DNA from: Azolla caroliniana
Taxonomy: Eukaryota; Plantae; Polypodiophyta
DNA length: 64,000 nucleotides
Direction: 5' to 3'
Assembly (NCBI GenBank): GCA_043228905.1
Contig: JBHGNT010000017.1
Location: 8,060,001 to 8,124,000, forward strand
In this document: in pieces, positions 1-12,182 of the stretch
How positions within the stretch are numbered: the first letter of the stretch is position 1
How the letters are laid out: each line of letters begins with the position of its first letter
Program-made: the position numbers and the translations under genes
The notes under the pieces: generated by a model
Databases searched by the model: none
What the model was told of the DNA's origin: nothing
Seen by the model: only the letters and a program-made list of their open reading frames with translations

Positions 1-972
1 ATGATGTGTATAGACCTGAAGGACATTAGGAATCTGACCTTTATGGTCTGCAGCTTTAGCTTTGTTGTCGTGCTCTTTCCGTTGGAGCTTTCGACATTGA
101 TCTTTTGTATGACCCTTCTTTTTGCAGAATACACAAAAAGGATGTTGTCGCTTACAATCGCGATCCAGGAATTCGTTGGGTGTCTTGCGTTTCCCAACAA
201 ATTGCAACTGCTTAGTCCCGGGCGCTTCGTTGGGTTTGTTATGGTCCTTCTTCGAAGTGCGTTGATAGCGAAGAACTATCTCAACGGCCTCTTCGAAGGA
301 TTTTGGATCCTTATCGTGCACTATCCAGTGATAGTCCGAATTGGGGATGCCATTGACAAAACAAGCTATCAACCAATTGTCCCCTTCTAGACCCGATTTT
401 TGGATTTGGGTTCTAGCATGGTGAACATAGTCTTCTAGCGAGGAAAATTTCATGCTAGAGAGGTTCATTAAAGCTTGTGCTGCCTCGGTTCGAGAGGGAG
501 GTTGTAGAAATTGGCCCTTAAAAACCGTGACAAAATCTGTCCAGGTATCGGGCAATTTCCCCATAGTACGGAGGCCACGCCACCAGGCGGCGGCCTTACC
601 CCCGAGTTCTCGGCCGACATATGCAATCTTCGTACTATCTGGCGTGGGATAGAGCTCAAAATGAGACTCCCATCGTCCCAGCCATGTGAAGATTGCTTCT
701 TCGGTTCTTTCCTTTTTGTCTCCCGTAAATGGCTTAACGACAAATGATGGTTCACCTTGTCGCTCATCAGGTCTATTAGTCTCACGGTGTAGACTAATGA
801 CACGTGCCTCAAGAGCACTCTGAGATTGCCGAAGTTCGGTCATCTGTTGAGCGGTGAAACTAAGGTATTGGGTTATTTGTGCCAAATACATCTCAGTGGA
901 CATTTGTCCAGGAGGATTCCCTTGAGTTCCTTCCGCTTGAGCGGATGACATCGGGTCGTTAATTTGAGCCAT
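1..972 (-). pseudogene. gag: gag N-terminal region of element A, degenerate
   Basis: Reverse complement aligns to B 7298-8270; ATG GCT CAA at 972; no intact ORF in the track. Confidence 0.8.
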
Positions 973-2662
973 TAAAGATTATTTCTGGAAAAGAAATAGG
1001 ATAAGGTCAGAGATATAGTCATAACATCTTGTCGTGATGTAAACATATCATGGGCGAGCATTAATCGATATCATTATCTCACGTCAATACCCCTCTAGAC
1101 GTATGAGATGAGGTTCAAGATCAGGTTACTATGGTAACACAAAGGTGTTTTAAAAACCATGGGGGTGACAAATAAATGTCTTTCCCTGATCTCTATATCG
1201 ATTTTTTCATGGTGGCTCCCCGAGGCTCAACCATGTATGTTCGCGTCATGAATAGTTTATACACGAAAAAAAATGTTAACAATAAACTATGTTTCGGTGC
1301 CCACATAAGTGGTTTCGGCTCTTTAAGTCCTATTACGAGGACCCCGAGGTGCACTTAGACCTTAAGTCTAAACATGTGTTATAGTCATATGTATCAAGGA
1401 TGTTGTATGGTCTTGGTCATATTTGAACTCGAGACCTCGAGAACAAATACATTAAACACTTGAGCCAACCAAGTAAGTTGCTCTTCTCGAATGCTTAATG
1501 TTTGATGCGTATAAGAGATATGCGAGGCAATTGATCATATATGTTTTTTTAAAAGAACATATATGTCAAGGGTCCTTATTGCGCCCTCATTTACCAAAAC
1601 TATGTTGGTACGTTACCTAACCTCAAGTCTCGTAATTACGATGGCATACGCCAAAGTGCAACCTAATGGTCAAGCCAAATGAGCCCTCGTTTCGTAGTAG
1701 GCTCACGTGGGCCATCACATGGTCACGTCATTACGAATGCCTCTCGTAAGAACGAGCTCATGGTGGCATCGTATCCATGTAACGAGGGAGGGATGTTGGA
1801 TACGTGCGTCATTGGAGCGACCTCACTTGAAGTGGGTCAAGCCCTACGTACTCAACATCATTTTGGCTATTCGCGTTTCTTTACGTAACGAAATCGAGGT
1901 CGTCAACGGGGTTATCAACAATAAAAAAAATGTTGAAAAAGGGATGGTGACAACACCATTCTCACAAAAATGTGAGGACGGCCACCAACATCCTTTTCCC
2001 GATAAGGACAACTTTCGATATAATCACGTAATAACGAATATACACATATGTTTACTTATCACATATATACGATCAAATACGTATATATGTGACCACATAT
2101 GCCTATATTAAACATATCGTTATAGTAAATAGCCACAAATGATGTGATCGAGATACGTAATCGAGGTATATACCTCTACGCACACGAAACATCCACAAAT
2201 AAGAGATCATCGTAATACGCAATGGAGGTATTGACCTCTTACGCATACGAGACCAAACACATATCGTTTACAACAAATCAAGGTATTAAACTCATACGCA
2301 AACGTAAAATATGTTCGTGAACGTAATACGTAATTGAGGTATTAACCTCGTACGCATACGACACTCATCACATATTATTAATATGTCAAACGAGGTATTG
2401 ACCTCGTGCACATATGTAAACGTTTTAGATAATCAATTAAAGACCACTACAACATCATTGACTTAATGAAAAAAATTACATATAAACTAAACACATGATT
2501 AGATGGGAGAAGAGAGAATAGAAAGAAAAATTATGGAAAGAGTTACCGAAGTTCTTTGTTGATCGTTGTCTGGATCAAGGCCAACCGCACAACGATCGAT
2601 CAGCATCAATCAAAAGACAAATGAAAAACAAAGAAACATTAGTACAAAAATCTGATACCAAA

Positions 2663-3113
2663 TATTATAGATCTTGGTACTAACGTAAGCTTAAGATAAG
2701 GATAATGAAAAGATAGAAAGGAGAAAGAGAAAGAAGGGTGCCGATCCACCCGACCACCCCCGAGCGAAGGGATCGAGATGGACTCGAGCCTCGATCGGCG
2801 TCCCATACCACCGCCGTGGCGTCGAGTCGTACCTGGTGCTGGCGCACTCGCTACAAGAGTTGACCCACCACACGAGCAGAGTCTCGATGTAGTCAAAAGA
2901 TCATCAAATGAGGGTAGCTAGGCCTCTTATTTATAGCGATACCCAAGGCCCCCAGGCAAGTTCACACTTGACCTAATGGGTTGTCTCAATCCCGAGGATT
3001 AAAAGTAATCCTCCCCTTCTTTACACTCTCATTTAACCCTCACACTTATCCACGTGTATAGAATACTACGGTAAATTCTTACCACGGGATATTATATGGT
3101 CATGCCCGTAACA
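2663..3113 (-). repeat. 5' LTR of element A (451 bp)
   Basis: Homologous to B LTRs; TATA-like CTATAAATAAG; followed by TT and a tRNA-iMet PBS. Confidence 0.9.
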
Positions 3114-3250
3114 CTTGGTGCCGCTAACGTATCTCAGGATTTGGTGCGCGCACTAAATGTGCTCCACGGTCGGATGCACGATAAATTGACTTATCAATCC
3201 GACCGGATAACTGAGGTCTGGCCCGGTGATTGTCAGATAGATAAGGCTTC

Positions 3251-3707
3251 TATTAGAGACATGAACTAATGTAAGCATTAGATAAGGATAGAATATAGAT
3301 AGATAGATAGAAAGGAGAGAGAGAAAGAAGGGTGCCGATCCACCCGACCACTCCCGAGTGAAGGGATCGAGACGGACTCGAGCCTCGATTGGCGTCCCAT
3401 ACCACCGCCATGGCGTCGAGTCGTACTTGGTGCTGGCGTGCTCGCTACAAGAGTTGACCCACCACAAGACAGAGTCTCGACGTAGGTAAAAAGATGATCA
3501 AATGAGGGTAGTTAGGCCTCTTATTTATAGCGATACCCAAGGCCCCCAGGAAAGTTCACACTTGGCCTAATGGGTTGTCTCAATCCCGAGGATTAAAAGT
3601 AATCCTCCCCTTCTTTACACTCTCGTTTAACCCTCACACTTATCCACGTGTATAGAATACTACGGTAAATTCTCACCACGGGATATTATATGGTCATGGC
3701 CGTAACA
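3251..3707 (-). repeat. Solo LTR of the A/B family
   Basis: 457-bp LTR homolog flanked by TSD GCTTC (3246-3250, 3708-3712) inside C1 RT. Confidence 0.93.
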
Positions 3708-5133
3708 GCTTCCGACAATTTGTCGGAACCTTTTCGGGTCGCATGCCATTCCAGAGTCAAGGAAAATCTTCACATTCTGGTCTAGAGGAGTCGAGACGAA
3801 TTTGCATTCTGTCATACCGAATTTGACGAGTATACTCAACACATAGTGGCGTTGACTGATCAATAGGCCTTTCGAGGTGCGCATCACTTCGATTCCAAGG
3901 AAGTAATGAAGGTCTCCTAGATCCTTCATCTCAAATGATGACGTGAGCTGGGATTTGACGTGGTTGATTTCGTCCAGGTCAGCGCCGGGGATGACAAGAT
4001 CATCTACATAGAGCAGTATGCTCACCGGCCCGTTTTGACCTCACCAGATAAAAAGTGAACAGTCTGATTTCAACGGAGCAAACCCCATCCGATGCAATCG
4101 TTGCGTGATCTTCATGTTCCAGGCACACGGGGCTTGCTTGAGTTCATAGAGGGACTTCTTGAGTCGGCACACCGCCAATGTATTCACTCCGGACTGAAAT
4201 TCGGGGGGCTGAACCATGAACACTTGTTCCTCAAAATCACCTTGCAGGAATGCGTTTTTCACATCCATTTGATGTAGATGCCACCCATTCGCCGCTACCA
4301 TCACAAGTAGGACACAGATGGTCGCCATCTTTGCGACCGGCACGAACATTTCATTGTAGTCGATGCCGTGCTATTGTGCGTAGCCCTTTGCCACTAACCG
4401 GGCCTTGTACCGGTTGATGGAGCCATTAGTGTTGTATTTGACCTTGTATACCCAATGTTAACCAATCAGCTTCACTCCTTTCGGCACGTCCACCAAATCC
4501 CACGTCTCGTTTTCCGTGAGTGCGTGCATCTCTTCCTCCATAGCGGCACACAAATTTGCGTCTTTTGCTGCTTCTGCGTAGCTCTCCGACGCATACACGG
4601 TTGCCACCTTCACCATGTACACATAATGATGCACCATATACTCATTGTATCCGTACCTTTTCACGGGTTTTTTCTGGCGGGTGAATTGGTGCAATTCTTG
4701 ATTCGCCGATTTCGCAGCCCTGTTGGCCAACCTGGACTTCTCTTCCAAAGATCCGTCGATGTTTTGTCCGGAGTTGGATCTGCTCCGATCCGACTCATCT
4801 CTGTCGGTGTCATACTTCAGCATCTTCTTCTTCCCCTTTTCTTTGCGTGTGAATTGTCTCCTTGGTTACTTGCGCGGGGAGAGCACGACCGAGTCGTCAC
4901 TACTCGCCAACTCATCATCCAGTTGACCACTCTGGCTCAACCAGTCCGGATTCGGTCCACTTATCCGTAGAGAAGTCAGACTATTCGGTTGTTAGGATTT
5001 TGTGACACTTCTCTCTGTTCCGGATGCCACCAGATCATCAACAACAATCGGTTTAGGCTCGGGTTCGGGTGGAGAGAACTACCAAGATGCCGATTCATCA
5101 AAAACGACATCTCGGCTGACTCAGACCGTTTTC

Positions 5134-5598
5134 TGTTACGGGCATGACCATATAATATCCCGTGGTGAGAATTGTCGTAGTATTCTATACACGTGGATAA
5201 GTGTGAGGGTTAAACAAAGAGTCTAAAGAAGGGGAGGATTACTTTTAATCCTCGGGATTGAGACAACCCATGAGGCCAAGTGTGAACATGGCTGGGGGCC
5301 TTGAGAATTACTATAAATAAGAGGCCTAGCTACCCTCATTTGGGCATGCATTGACTACGTCGAGACTCTGTCCGTGAGTGGAACGACTCTTGTAGCAAGC
5401 GCGCTATCGTCCAGGTACGACTCGACGCCAAGGCGGTGGTATGGGACGCCGATCGAGGCTCGAGTCCGTCTCGATCCCTTCGCTCGGGGGTGGTCGGGTG
5501 GATCGGCACCCTTCTTTCTCTCTTTTCTCTCTATTCTTTCTAGATCTATCATTGATATATCCTTATTTTATGCTTACTTTAGTACCTAATCTCTAATA
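5134..5598 (+). repeat. 5' LTR of B
   Basis: Direct repeat of 11718-12182; TATAAAT near 5312. Confidence 0.96.
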
Positions 5599-5860
5599 TT
5601 TGGTATCAGAGCCTATGTACTAACGTTTCTTTTGGTTTTCTTTTTGTCTTCGCGTGGGATGGCGATTGATCGTTGTGCGGTCGCCTTCATGCAGACAAGG
5701 ATTAGCGAAAGAACTTCGGTAAATTTTCCTTAATTTTTTATCTAATTTTTCTTCTCCCTTCTATACATGTGTATACTTAATATGTAGTTTTTTTTTTCAT
5801 ATATTCAATGATGTTGACGTGGTATTTAATTGGTTATCTTAAACGTTTACATATGTCCAC

Positions 5861-6102
5861 GAGGTCAATACCTCGTTTGACATATAAATCATATGTGATG
5901 AGTGTCGTATGCGTACGAGGTTACTACCTCAATTGCGTATTACGTTCACGAACATATGTTACGTTCGCATACGAGGTCAATACCTCGATTCGTTCGAAAT
6001 GATATGCGTTGGATTTACTATGCGTAAGAGGTCAATACCTCAATTGCGAATTACGCTTAACCTTATTTTCGGATGTTTCGTGTGCGTAGAGGTATATGCC
6101 TC
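5861..6102 (+). repeat. Array of five GAGGT-N4-(A/G)CCTC hairpins in the leader of B
   Basis: Copies at 5861, 5917, 5973, 6028, 6089; same array in A at about 2164-2405. Confidence 0.85.
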
Positions 6103-7297
6103 GATTACGTATCCCGAATACATCATTGTTGGCTATATAAAAAAAACGATTCATTTAGTATACGCATATGTGGTCACTTATATACGTCTCTGATCGTATA
6201 TATGTGATATATTGACATATGTGTATATTTTAGATTACGTGATTCATATCAAATGTTTTCCTAATTGGGGAGAGGATTTTGGTGGTCGTCCTCACATTTT
6301 TGTGAGAATGGCGTTGTCACCATCCCTTTTATCAACAATTTTTATTGTTGAAATTCCCGTTGGTCACTTTGATCTTTCGTTACGTAACGAACCTCGTATA
6401 GCCAAAATGATGTTGAATACGTCGGGCTTGATCCACATCAAGTAGGGTCGCTCTAATGACACACGTATCCAACATCTCCCCTCGTTACATGGATACGATG
6501 CCACCATGAGCTCGTTCTTACGAGCGCCATTCGTAATGACGTGACCATGTGATGGGCCACATGAGCCTACGAAGACACAAGGGCTCATTCGGCTTGACCA
6601 TTAGGTTACACTTTGGCATATGCCATTGTACTTACGAGGCTTGAGGGTAGGTAGCGTACAACCATAGTGGGTAATAAATGAGGGAGAAATAAGGCCACTT
6701 GACCTATATGTTTCTTTTAAAAAAAACATATAGGGGCAAATGCCTCACATATCTCGAATACGCCTCAAACATTAAACATTCAAGACGCGCAATCTACTTG
6801 GTTGGCTCAAGTGTTTAATGTATTTGTCCTCGAGGTCTCGAGTTCAAATATGACCAACACCATACAACATCGTTGATACATATGACTATAATACATGTTT
6901 AGACTTTAGGTCTAAGTGCACTTCGGGGTCCTCGTAATAGGACTTAAAGAGCCGAAACCACATATGTGGGCACAGAAACATAGTTATTGTTAACATTTTT
7001 TTCGTGTATAAACTATTCATGACGCGAACATACATGGTTGAGCCTCGGGGAGCCGCCATGAAAAAAATCGATATAGAGATCAGGGAAAGGCATTCATTTG
7101 TCACCCCCATGGTTTTTAAAACACCTCTGTGTTACCATAGTAACCTGATCTTGAACCTCATCTCATACGTCTAGAGGGGTATTGACGTGAGATCATGATA
7201 TCGATTAATGTTTGCCCATGATATGTTTACACCACGACAAGATGTTATGACTATTTGTCTGACCTTATCTTATTTCTTTGCCAGAAATAATCATTCA

Positions 7298-10200
7298 ATG
7301 GCTCAGAATAACGACCCGATGCCCTCCGCTCAAGCGGAAAGAACTCAAGGAAATCCTCCTGGGACAATGTCCATTGAGGCGTATATTTTACAAGTACAAC
7401 ATTTCCTTAGTTCAACCGCGCAGCAGTTGACCCAATTTCGGCAATCTCAAAGTGCTCTCGAGGCACGAGTCATTAGTCTCCAAAATGAGATTAATAGACC
7501 TGATGAGCGTCAGGGTGAACCATCATTTGTCGTAAAGCCATTTACGGGAGATAAAAAGGAAAGAACCGAAGAAGCAATCTGCACGTGGCTGGGCCGATGG
7601 GAGTCTCATTTTGAGCTCTATCCCACGCCAGATAGTACGAAGATTGCATATGTCGGCCGAGAACTAGGGGGTAAGGCCGCCGCTTGGTGGCGTGGGCTCC
7701 GAACTTTGGGGAGATTGCCCGAGACCTGGACAGACTTTGTCACAGTTTTCAAGGGTCAATTTCTAGCACCTCCCTCTCGAACCGAGGCAGCACAAGCTTT
7801 AATGAACCTCTCTAGCAGGAAGTTTTCCTCGCTAGAAGATTATGTCCACCATGCTAGAACCCAAATCCAAAAATCGGGTCTAGAAGGGGACAATTGGTTA
7901 ATAGCTTGTTTTGTCAATGGCATCCCCAATTCGGACTATCACTGGATAGTGCACGATAAGGATCCAAAATCCTTCGAAGAGGCTGTTGAGATAGTTCTTC
8001 GCTATCAACGCACTTCGAAGAAGGACCATAACAAACCCAACGAAGCGCCCGGGACTAAGCAGTTGCAATTTGTTGGGAAACGCAAGACACCCAACGAATT
8101 CACGGATCGCAATTATAAGCGACAACATCCTTTTTGCGTATTCTGCAAAAAGAAGGGTCATACAAAAGAGCAATGTCGTAAGCTCCAACGAAAAGAGCAC
8201 GACGCCAAACCTAAAGCTACAGACCATAAAGGTCAGATTCCTAATGTCCTTCAGGTCTATACACATCATTTGAGTAATTGTCAATGTTCTTTCCCTCATT
8301 ATGTATTGGGTCCCAATGATTTACTACGTGCAAACGGGTATATCAATGGATCTCCCGTACAATTTTTATTTGATTCGGGAAGCTCACACAATTTTGTGAA
8401 TGATCGTTTGGTACAGATATGGGGAATCCAACCCACCGTAAGTGATCACACCTACACGGTGCACTTGGCTGATGGAAGAGTACAACACATCAACGGGGCG
8501 ATTCATTCTTTAGGAATTTCTATTGATACCTATATAGAGGAAGTAGACTTCCATGTAATGAATCTTAGTACCATCGATGTAATACTGGGTTATCCCTGGT
8601 TTTATAATAAAAGCTCTTCTTTATTTATTGATTGGGTTCGCCATTCCATTTCTTTTGTACTCAACGATTGTACGCATTTTATTCAATGTGTAAAAAAACA
8701 ATCCCTCTCGATTGTTTCCTCGTGTCCATCAATATCCGAGTTGTCTTGTTCTACGTTATTTTATTGTGTACTTGATCCGGACATTCACGTTTACAATATC
8801 GATAATGTCTCGGGTCAATTAACATATTTTGAACAAAAACAACTTGATGAAATCGTAAACGATTTTCGTGATGTTTTTCCGAGTGAACTACCCGATGGTT
8901 TACCTCCTAAACGTAATATAGACCATCGTATAGATATTGTACCTGGCGTTGCACCCATTAGTATACCTCCGTATCGCCTAAGTCGATCTGAAGAGGATGA
9001 GGCAGCTAAGCAACTTAAGGACTATTTACGAATGGGTTATATACGTTATAGTAAATCTCCATGGGGTGCACCAGTTCTCTTGGTTAAAAAGAAAGAGGGC
9101 ACATGGCGTATGTGTATTAATTACCGACGCTTGAATAAAGTGACGATCAAGAATTCGTACCCATTGCCCCGGGCTGACGATCTAATTGACCGTCTCCAGG
9201 GAGCTCGGTATTTTATGAAACTTGATCTCCGTACTGGCTACCATCAAATACGAATAAGTGAGGACGATGTTCCTAAAACAGCATTTCGTACGCGCTACGG
9301 CCATTATGAGTTTTTGGTTATGCCTTTTGGTTTGACCAATGCTCCGGCTACATTTCAACAAGAAATGAATGACATTTTCCGAGAACAACTTGGAAAATTT
9401 GTCGTTATCTTCTTAGATGATATTTTAGTTTATAGCTGTACATTACAAGAACATGCTAGACATGTCCGCTTTGTTTTACAAATATTGCGTGACAAACAAT
9501 TTTACGCGAAGATCTCAAAATGTGAGTTCTTCAAGAAATCAATTACTTATCTTGGACATCTCATAACCGAACGAGGAGTTGAAATTGATCCTTCTCGCAT
9601 CGAGAAAATCAAGCTTTGGCCCACTCTTCGGAATATTCGAGAAGTTCGATCATTCCTTGGTTTTGTCGGATTTTTGCGAAAATCTCTTCGTAATTACTCA
9701 CAATTGACGACGCCGTTTACTGATCTTCTAAAAGGTCAAACGCGTAAGTCTACAAAACCTATTGTGTGGAATGCTACACTAGACCTCGCCTTTAAGGAAC
9801 TCAAGGACTTGGTATGCAAGGCTCCTTCACTTCTTTTACCCGATCCTTCAAAACCTTTTGAGGTTGAAACCGACGCAAGCGATTATGCTATAGGTGCTGT
9901 CTTGTATCAAGATGGTAAACCAATAGCATTCGAGAGTAAGAAACTTGATTCTGCTCAATGTCGGTATACCGTTCAAGAAAAGGAATTATTTGCGGTTATA
10001 CATGCGCTCAAAACATGGCGCCATTATCTTTATGGAAATCGCTTTGTGGTAACTACGGACCACGAGTCCTTGAAATATTTTTGTGACCAACAAGACCTGA
10101 AAGGTCGTAAGGCACGATGGGCTGATCTCATCCAGGACTTTGATTTTTCCATACGATATCGTAAAGGTTCCATGAATACTGTCGCTGATACACTAAGTCG

Positions 10201-11731
10201 CATCCGTGAAGTTAACATGCTTAGCTTCACTGAAATAACATCAGATCTTTATGATCACCTTCGAGGAAAGTATCCTGATGACAATTATTTTGCAAAATAC
10301 TGGGCAAGAGTCGAGTCTGGAACAGACACCACCACACCCTCGAAGGAATACTTCCACATTGCTAACGGTCTGCTCTACCGTAATGGGAAGGTTTGTGTTC
10401 CAGATTTACCTGAGGTCAAAAAGAGAATTCTTTTTGAATGCCATGATGCACCCTCAGCAGGGCACCCTGGAATACATCGTACACTCGTTCTCATCTCCAC
10501 TCAATTTTATTGGCCTAAGATGCGTCCTGACATACATAGCTATGTGACTAAATGTCACCAATGTCAGGTTAACAAAGCCGAGCGACTTAAAGCCGCAGGA
10601 CTTTTACATCCCTTGGACATTCCCAATAATAAGTGGGAAAGTATATCCATGGATTTTATTGTTAGCCTTCCTCGCACCCAAAAAGGTCATGATGCCATAT
10701 GGGTTGTGGTTGACAGACTAACTAAAATGGCCAGATTTATTGCTACTAAAACCACGGTAACAGCTCCTGAATTGGCTTACCAATTCGTTGATGAGTTATT
10801 TCGTTTTTACGGGTTACCGATGGATATCGTGAGTGACCGAGATCCGAAGTTTACTAGTGACTTCTGGACGCAAGTCTTTAAGAAGTTAGAAACTACGTTG
10901 AGCATGAGCTCCACGGATCATCCTCAATCCGATGGACAGACAGAACGAGTAAATCAAATTATTGAGGACATGCTTCGAGCATACGTTGGTGCAAAACCAA
11001 GAAAATGGGAACGTTACCTCCCAATTTTGGAGTTTGCTTCTAACAGCTCCAAGCATACGTCGACGGGATATAGTCCTTTTATGTTGATGTATGGATTTCA
11101 GCCACGAGCCCCGATTGATGTTAATATACATCATGATGAGTTGCGAAGTACGCAAAACTTTCTTCGGGATATGCAAGATATGTTGCATATTGCACGGGAT
11201 AATATAAAAACAGCTCAAGATAGAGCGCGTTTTTATGCCGATCATCACAGGCAACCTCGTGTATTCAGCCCTGGACAGAAGGTATTTTTACGTGTACCTC
11301 ACAATTCTAAGACACTGTCTACGGGTAAGTGTGCTAAGTTAGCCCCACGGTTTTGTGGACCTTTTACAGTCCTCAAACGCATTGGATCATCAGCCTATCG
11401 TCTCGCTCTTCCCGATGGTGTTGGAATCCATCCAGTCTTTCATGTAAGTCGTCTAAAAGAACTTCTAGGTTCTGGCGACAATACAGTTACAACTAAAACT
11501 CTGGTTACTTCTGAAGATTTATCTTCTAAACCACATGTACCAGAAAGAATTCTCGATGTTAAAACAAAAAAATTACGTGCTAAGGAAATCCGAGAATTTA
11601 AAATAAAATGGATGGATAAATCAATCAAAGATGCCACATGGGAACGCGAAACGACTCTAAGAACTAACTTCCCTAACTTTCCATTGCAAGAGTGCAATGT
11701 TTTAAAGAGGGGGAGTATGTTACGGGCATGA
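7298..11731 (+). CDS. gag-pol: Single-frame Gag-Pol polyprotein (gag, CCHC, protease, RT, RNase H, integrase, chromodomain)
   Basis: Open from 7208; ATG 7298 conserved in A; [53 protein letters not shown]...KW...DATWE; stop lies within the 3' LTR. Confidence 0.95.
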   Translation: MAQNNDPMPSAQAERTQGNPPGTMSIEAYILQVQHFLSSTAQQLTQFRQSQSALEARVISLQNEINRPDERQGEPSFVVKPFTGDKKERTEEAICTWLGRWESHFELYPTPDSTKIAYVGRELGGKAAAWWRGLRTLGRLPETWTDFVTVFKGQFLAPPSRTEAAQALMNLSSRKFSSLEDYVHHARTQIQKSGLEGDNWLIACFVNGIPNSDYHWIVHDKDPKSFEEAVEIVLRYQRTSKKDHNKPNEAPGTKQLQFVGKRKTPNEFTDRNYKRQHPFCVFCKKKGHTKEQCRKLQRKEHDAKPKATDHKGQIPNVLQVYTHHLSNCQCSFPHYVLGPNDLLRANGYINGSPVQFLFDSGSSHNFVNDRLVQIWGIQPTVSDHTYTVHLADGRVQHINGAIHSLGISIDTYIEEVDFHVMNLSTIDVILGYPWFYNKSSSLFIDWVRHSISFVLNDCTHFIQCVKKQSLSIVSSCPSISELSCSTLFYCVLDPDIHVYNIDNVSGQLTYFEQKQLDEIVNDFRDVFPSELPDGLPPKRNIDHRIDIVPGVAPISIPPYRLSRSEEDEAAKQLKDYLRMGYIRYSKSPWGAPVLLVKKKEGTWRMCINYRRLNKVTIKNSYPLPRADDLIDRLQGARYFMKLDLRTGYHQIRISEDDVPKTAFRTRYGHYEFLVMPFGLTNAPATFQQEMNDIFREQLGKFVVIFLDDILVYSCTLQEHARHVRFVLQILRDKQFYAKISKCEFFKKSITYLGHLITERGVEIDPSRIEKIKLWPTLRNIREVRSFLGFVGFLRKSLRNYSQLTTPFTDLLKGQTRKSTKPIVWNATLDLAFKELKDLVCKAPSLLLPDPSKPFEVETDASDYAIGAVLYQDGKPIAFESKKLDSAQCRYTVQEKELFAVIHALKTWRHYLYGNRFVVTTDHESLKYFCDQQDLKGRKARWADLIQDFDFSIRYRKGSMNTVADTLSRIREVNMLSFTEITSDLYDHLRGKYPDDNYFAKYWARVESGTDTTTPSKEYFHIANGLLYRNGKVCVPDLPEVKKRILFECHDAPSAGHPGIHRTLVLISTQFYWPKMRPDIHSYVTKCHQCQVNKAERLKAAGLLHPLDIPNNKWESISMDFIVSLPRTQKGHDAIWVVVDRLTKMARFIATKTTVTAPELAYQFVDELFRFYGLPMDIVSDRDPKFTSDFWTQVFKKLETTLSMSSTDHPQSDGQTERVNQIIEDMLRAYVGAKPRKWERYLPILEFASNSSKHTSTGYSPFMLMYGFQPRAPIDVNIHHDELRSTQNFLRDMQDMLHIARDNIKTAQDRARFYADHHRQPRVFSPGQKVFLRVPHNSKTLSTGKCAKLAPRFCGPFTVLKRIGSSAYRLALPDGVGIHPVFHVSRLKELLGSGDNTVTTKTLVTSEDLSSKPHVPERILDVKTKKLRAKEIREFKIKWMDKSIKDATWERETTLRTNFPNFPLQECNVLKRGSMLRA

Positions 11732-12182
11732 CCATATAATATCCCGTGGTGAGAATTGTCGTAGTATTCTATACACGTGGATAAGTGTGAGGGTTAAACA
11801 AAGAGTCTAAAGAAGGGGAGGATTACTTTTAATCCTCGGAATTGAGACAACCCATGAGGCCAAGTGTGAACATGGCTGGGGGCCTTGAGAATTACTATAA
11901 ATAAGAGGCCTAGCTACCCTCATTTGGGCATGCATTGACTACGTCGAGACTCTGTCCGTGAGTGGAACGACTCTTGTAGCAAGCGCGCTATCGTCCAGGT
12001 ACGACTCGACGCCAAGGCGGTGGTATGGGACGCCGATCGAGGCTCGAGTCCGTCTCGATCCCTTCGCTCGGGGGTGGTCGGGTGGATCGGCACCCTTCTT
12101 TCTCTCTTTTCTCTCTATTCTTTCTAGATCTATCATTGATATATCCTTATTTTATGCTTACTTTAGTACCTAATCTCTAATA
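11718..12182 (+). repeat. 3' LTR of B
   Basis: Direct repeat of 5134-5598 after the PPT. Confidence 0.96.

Larger units (their letters stand above)
1..3113 (-). mobile_element. Ty3/gypsy chromovirus, 5' part (element A; same family as B), runs off the left edge
   Basis: 5' LTR 2663-3113 (TGTTACGGG...TAATA), PBS TGGTATCAGA at 2651-2660, long leader and gag colinear with B 5601-8270. Confidence 0.92.
5134..12182 (+). mobile_element. Full-length young Ty3/gypsy chromovirus (element B)
   Basis: 465-bp LTRs with one mismatch seen; TSD TTTTC (5129-5133, 12183-12187); PBS TGGTATCAGAGC at 5601; PPT AAAGAGGGGGAG before 11718. Confidence 0.97.

Noticed and set aside
5400-5515. Hammerhead or HDV-like ribozyme, or Cassandra-like 5S segment, in the A/B LTR
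   Set aside because: No CUGANGA/GAAA core; the partner of TGGGAC is not conserved between copies; 5S resemblance is limited to a few bases
5861-6102. CRISPR array
   Set aside because: Repeats are only 14 bp and degenerate, spacers are partly related to each other and shared with element A, no cas genes, eukaryotic retrotransposon context
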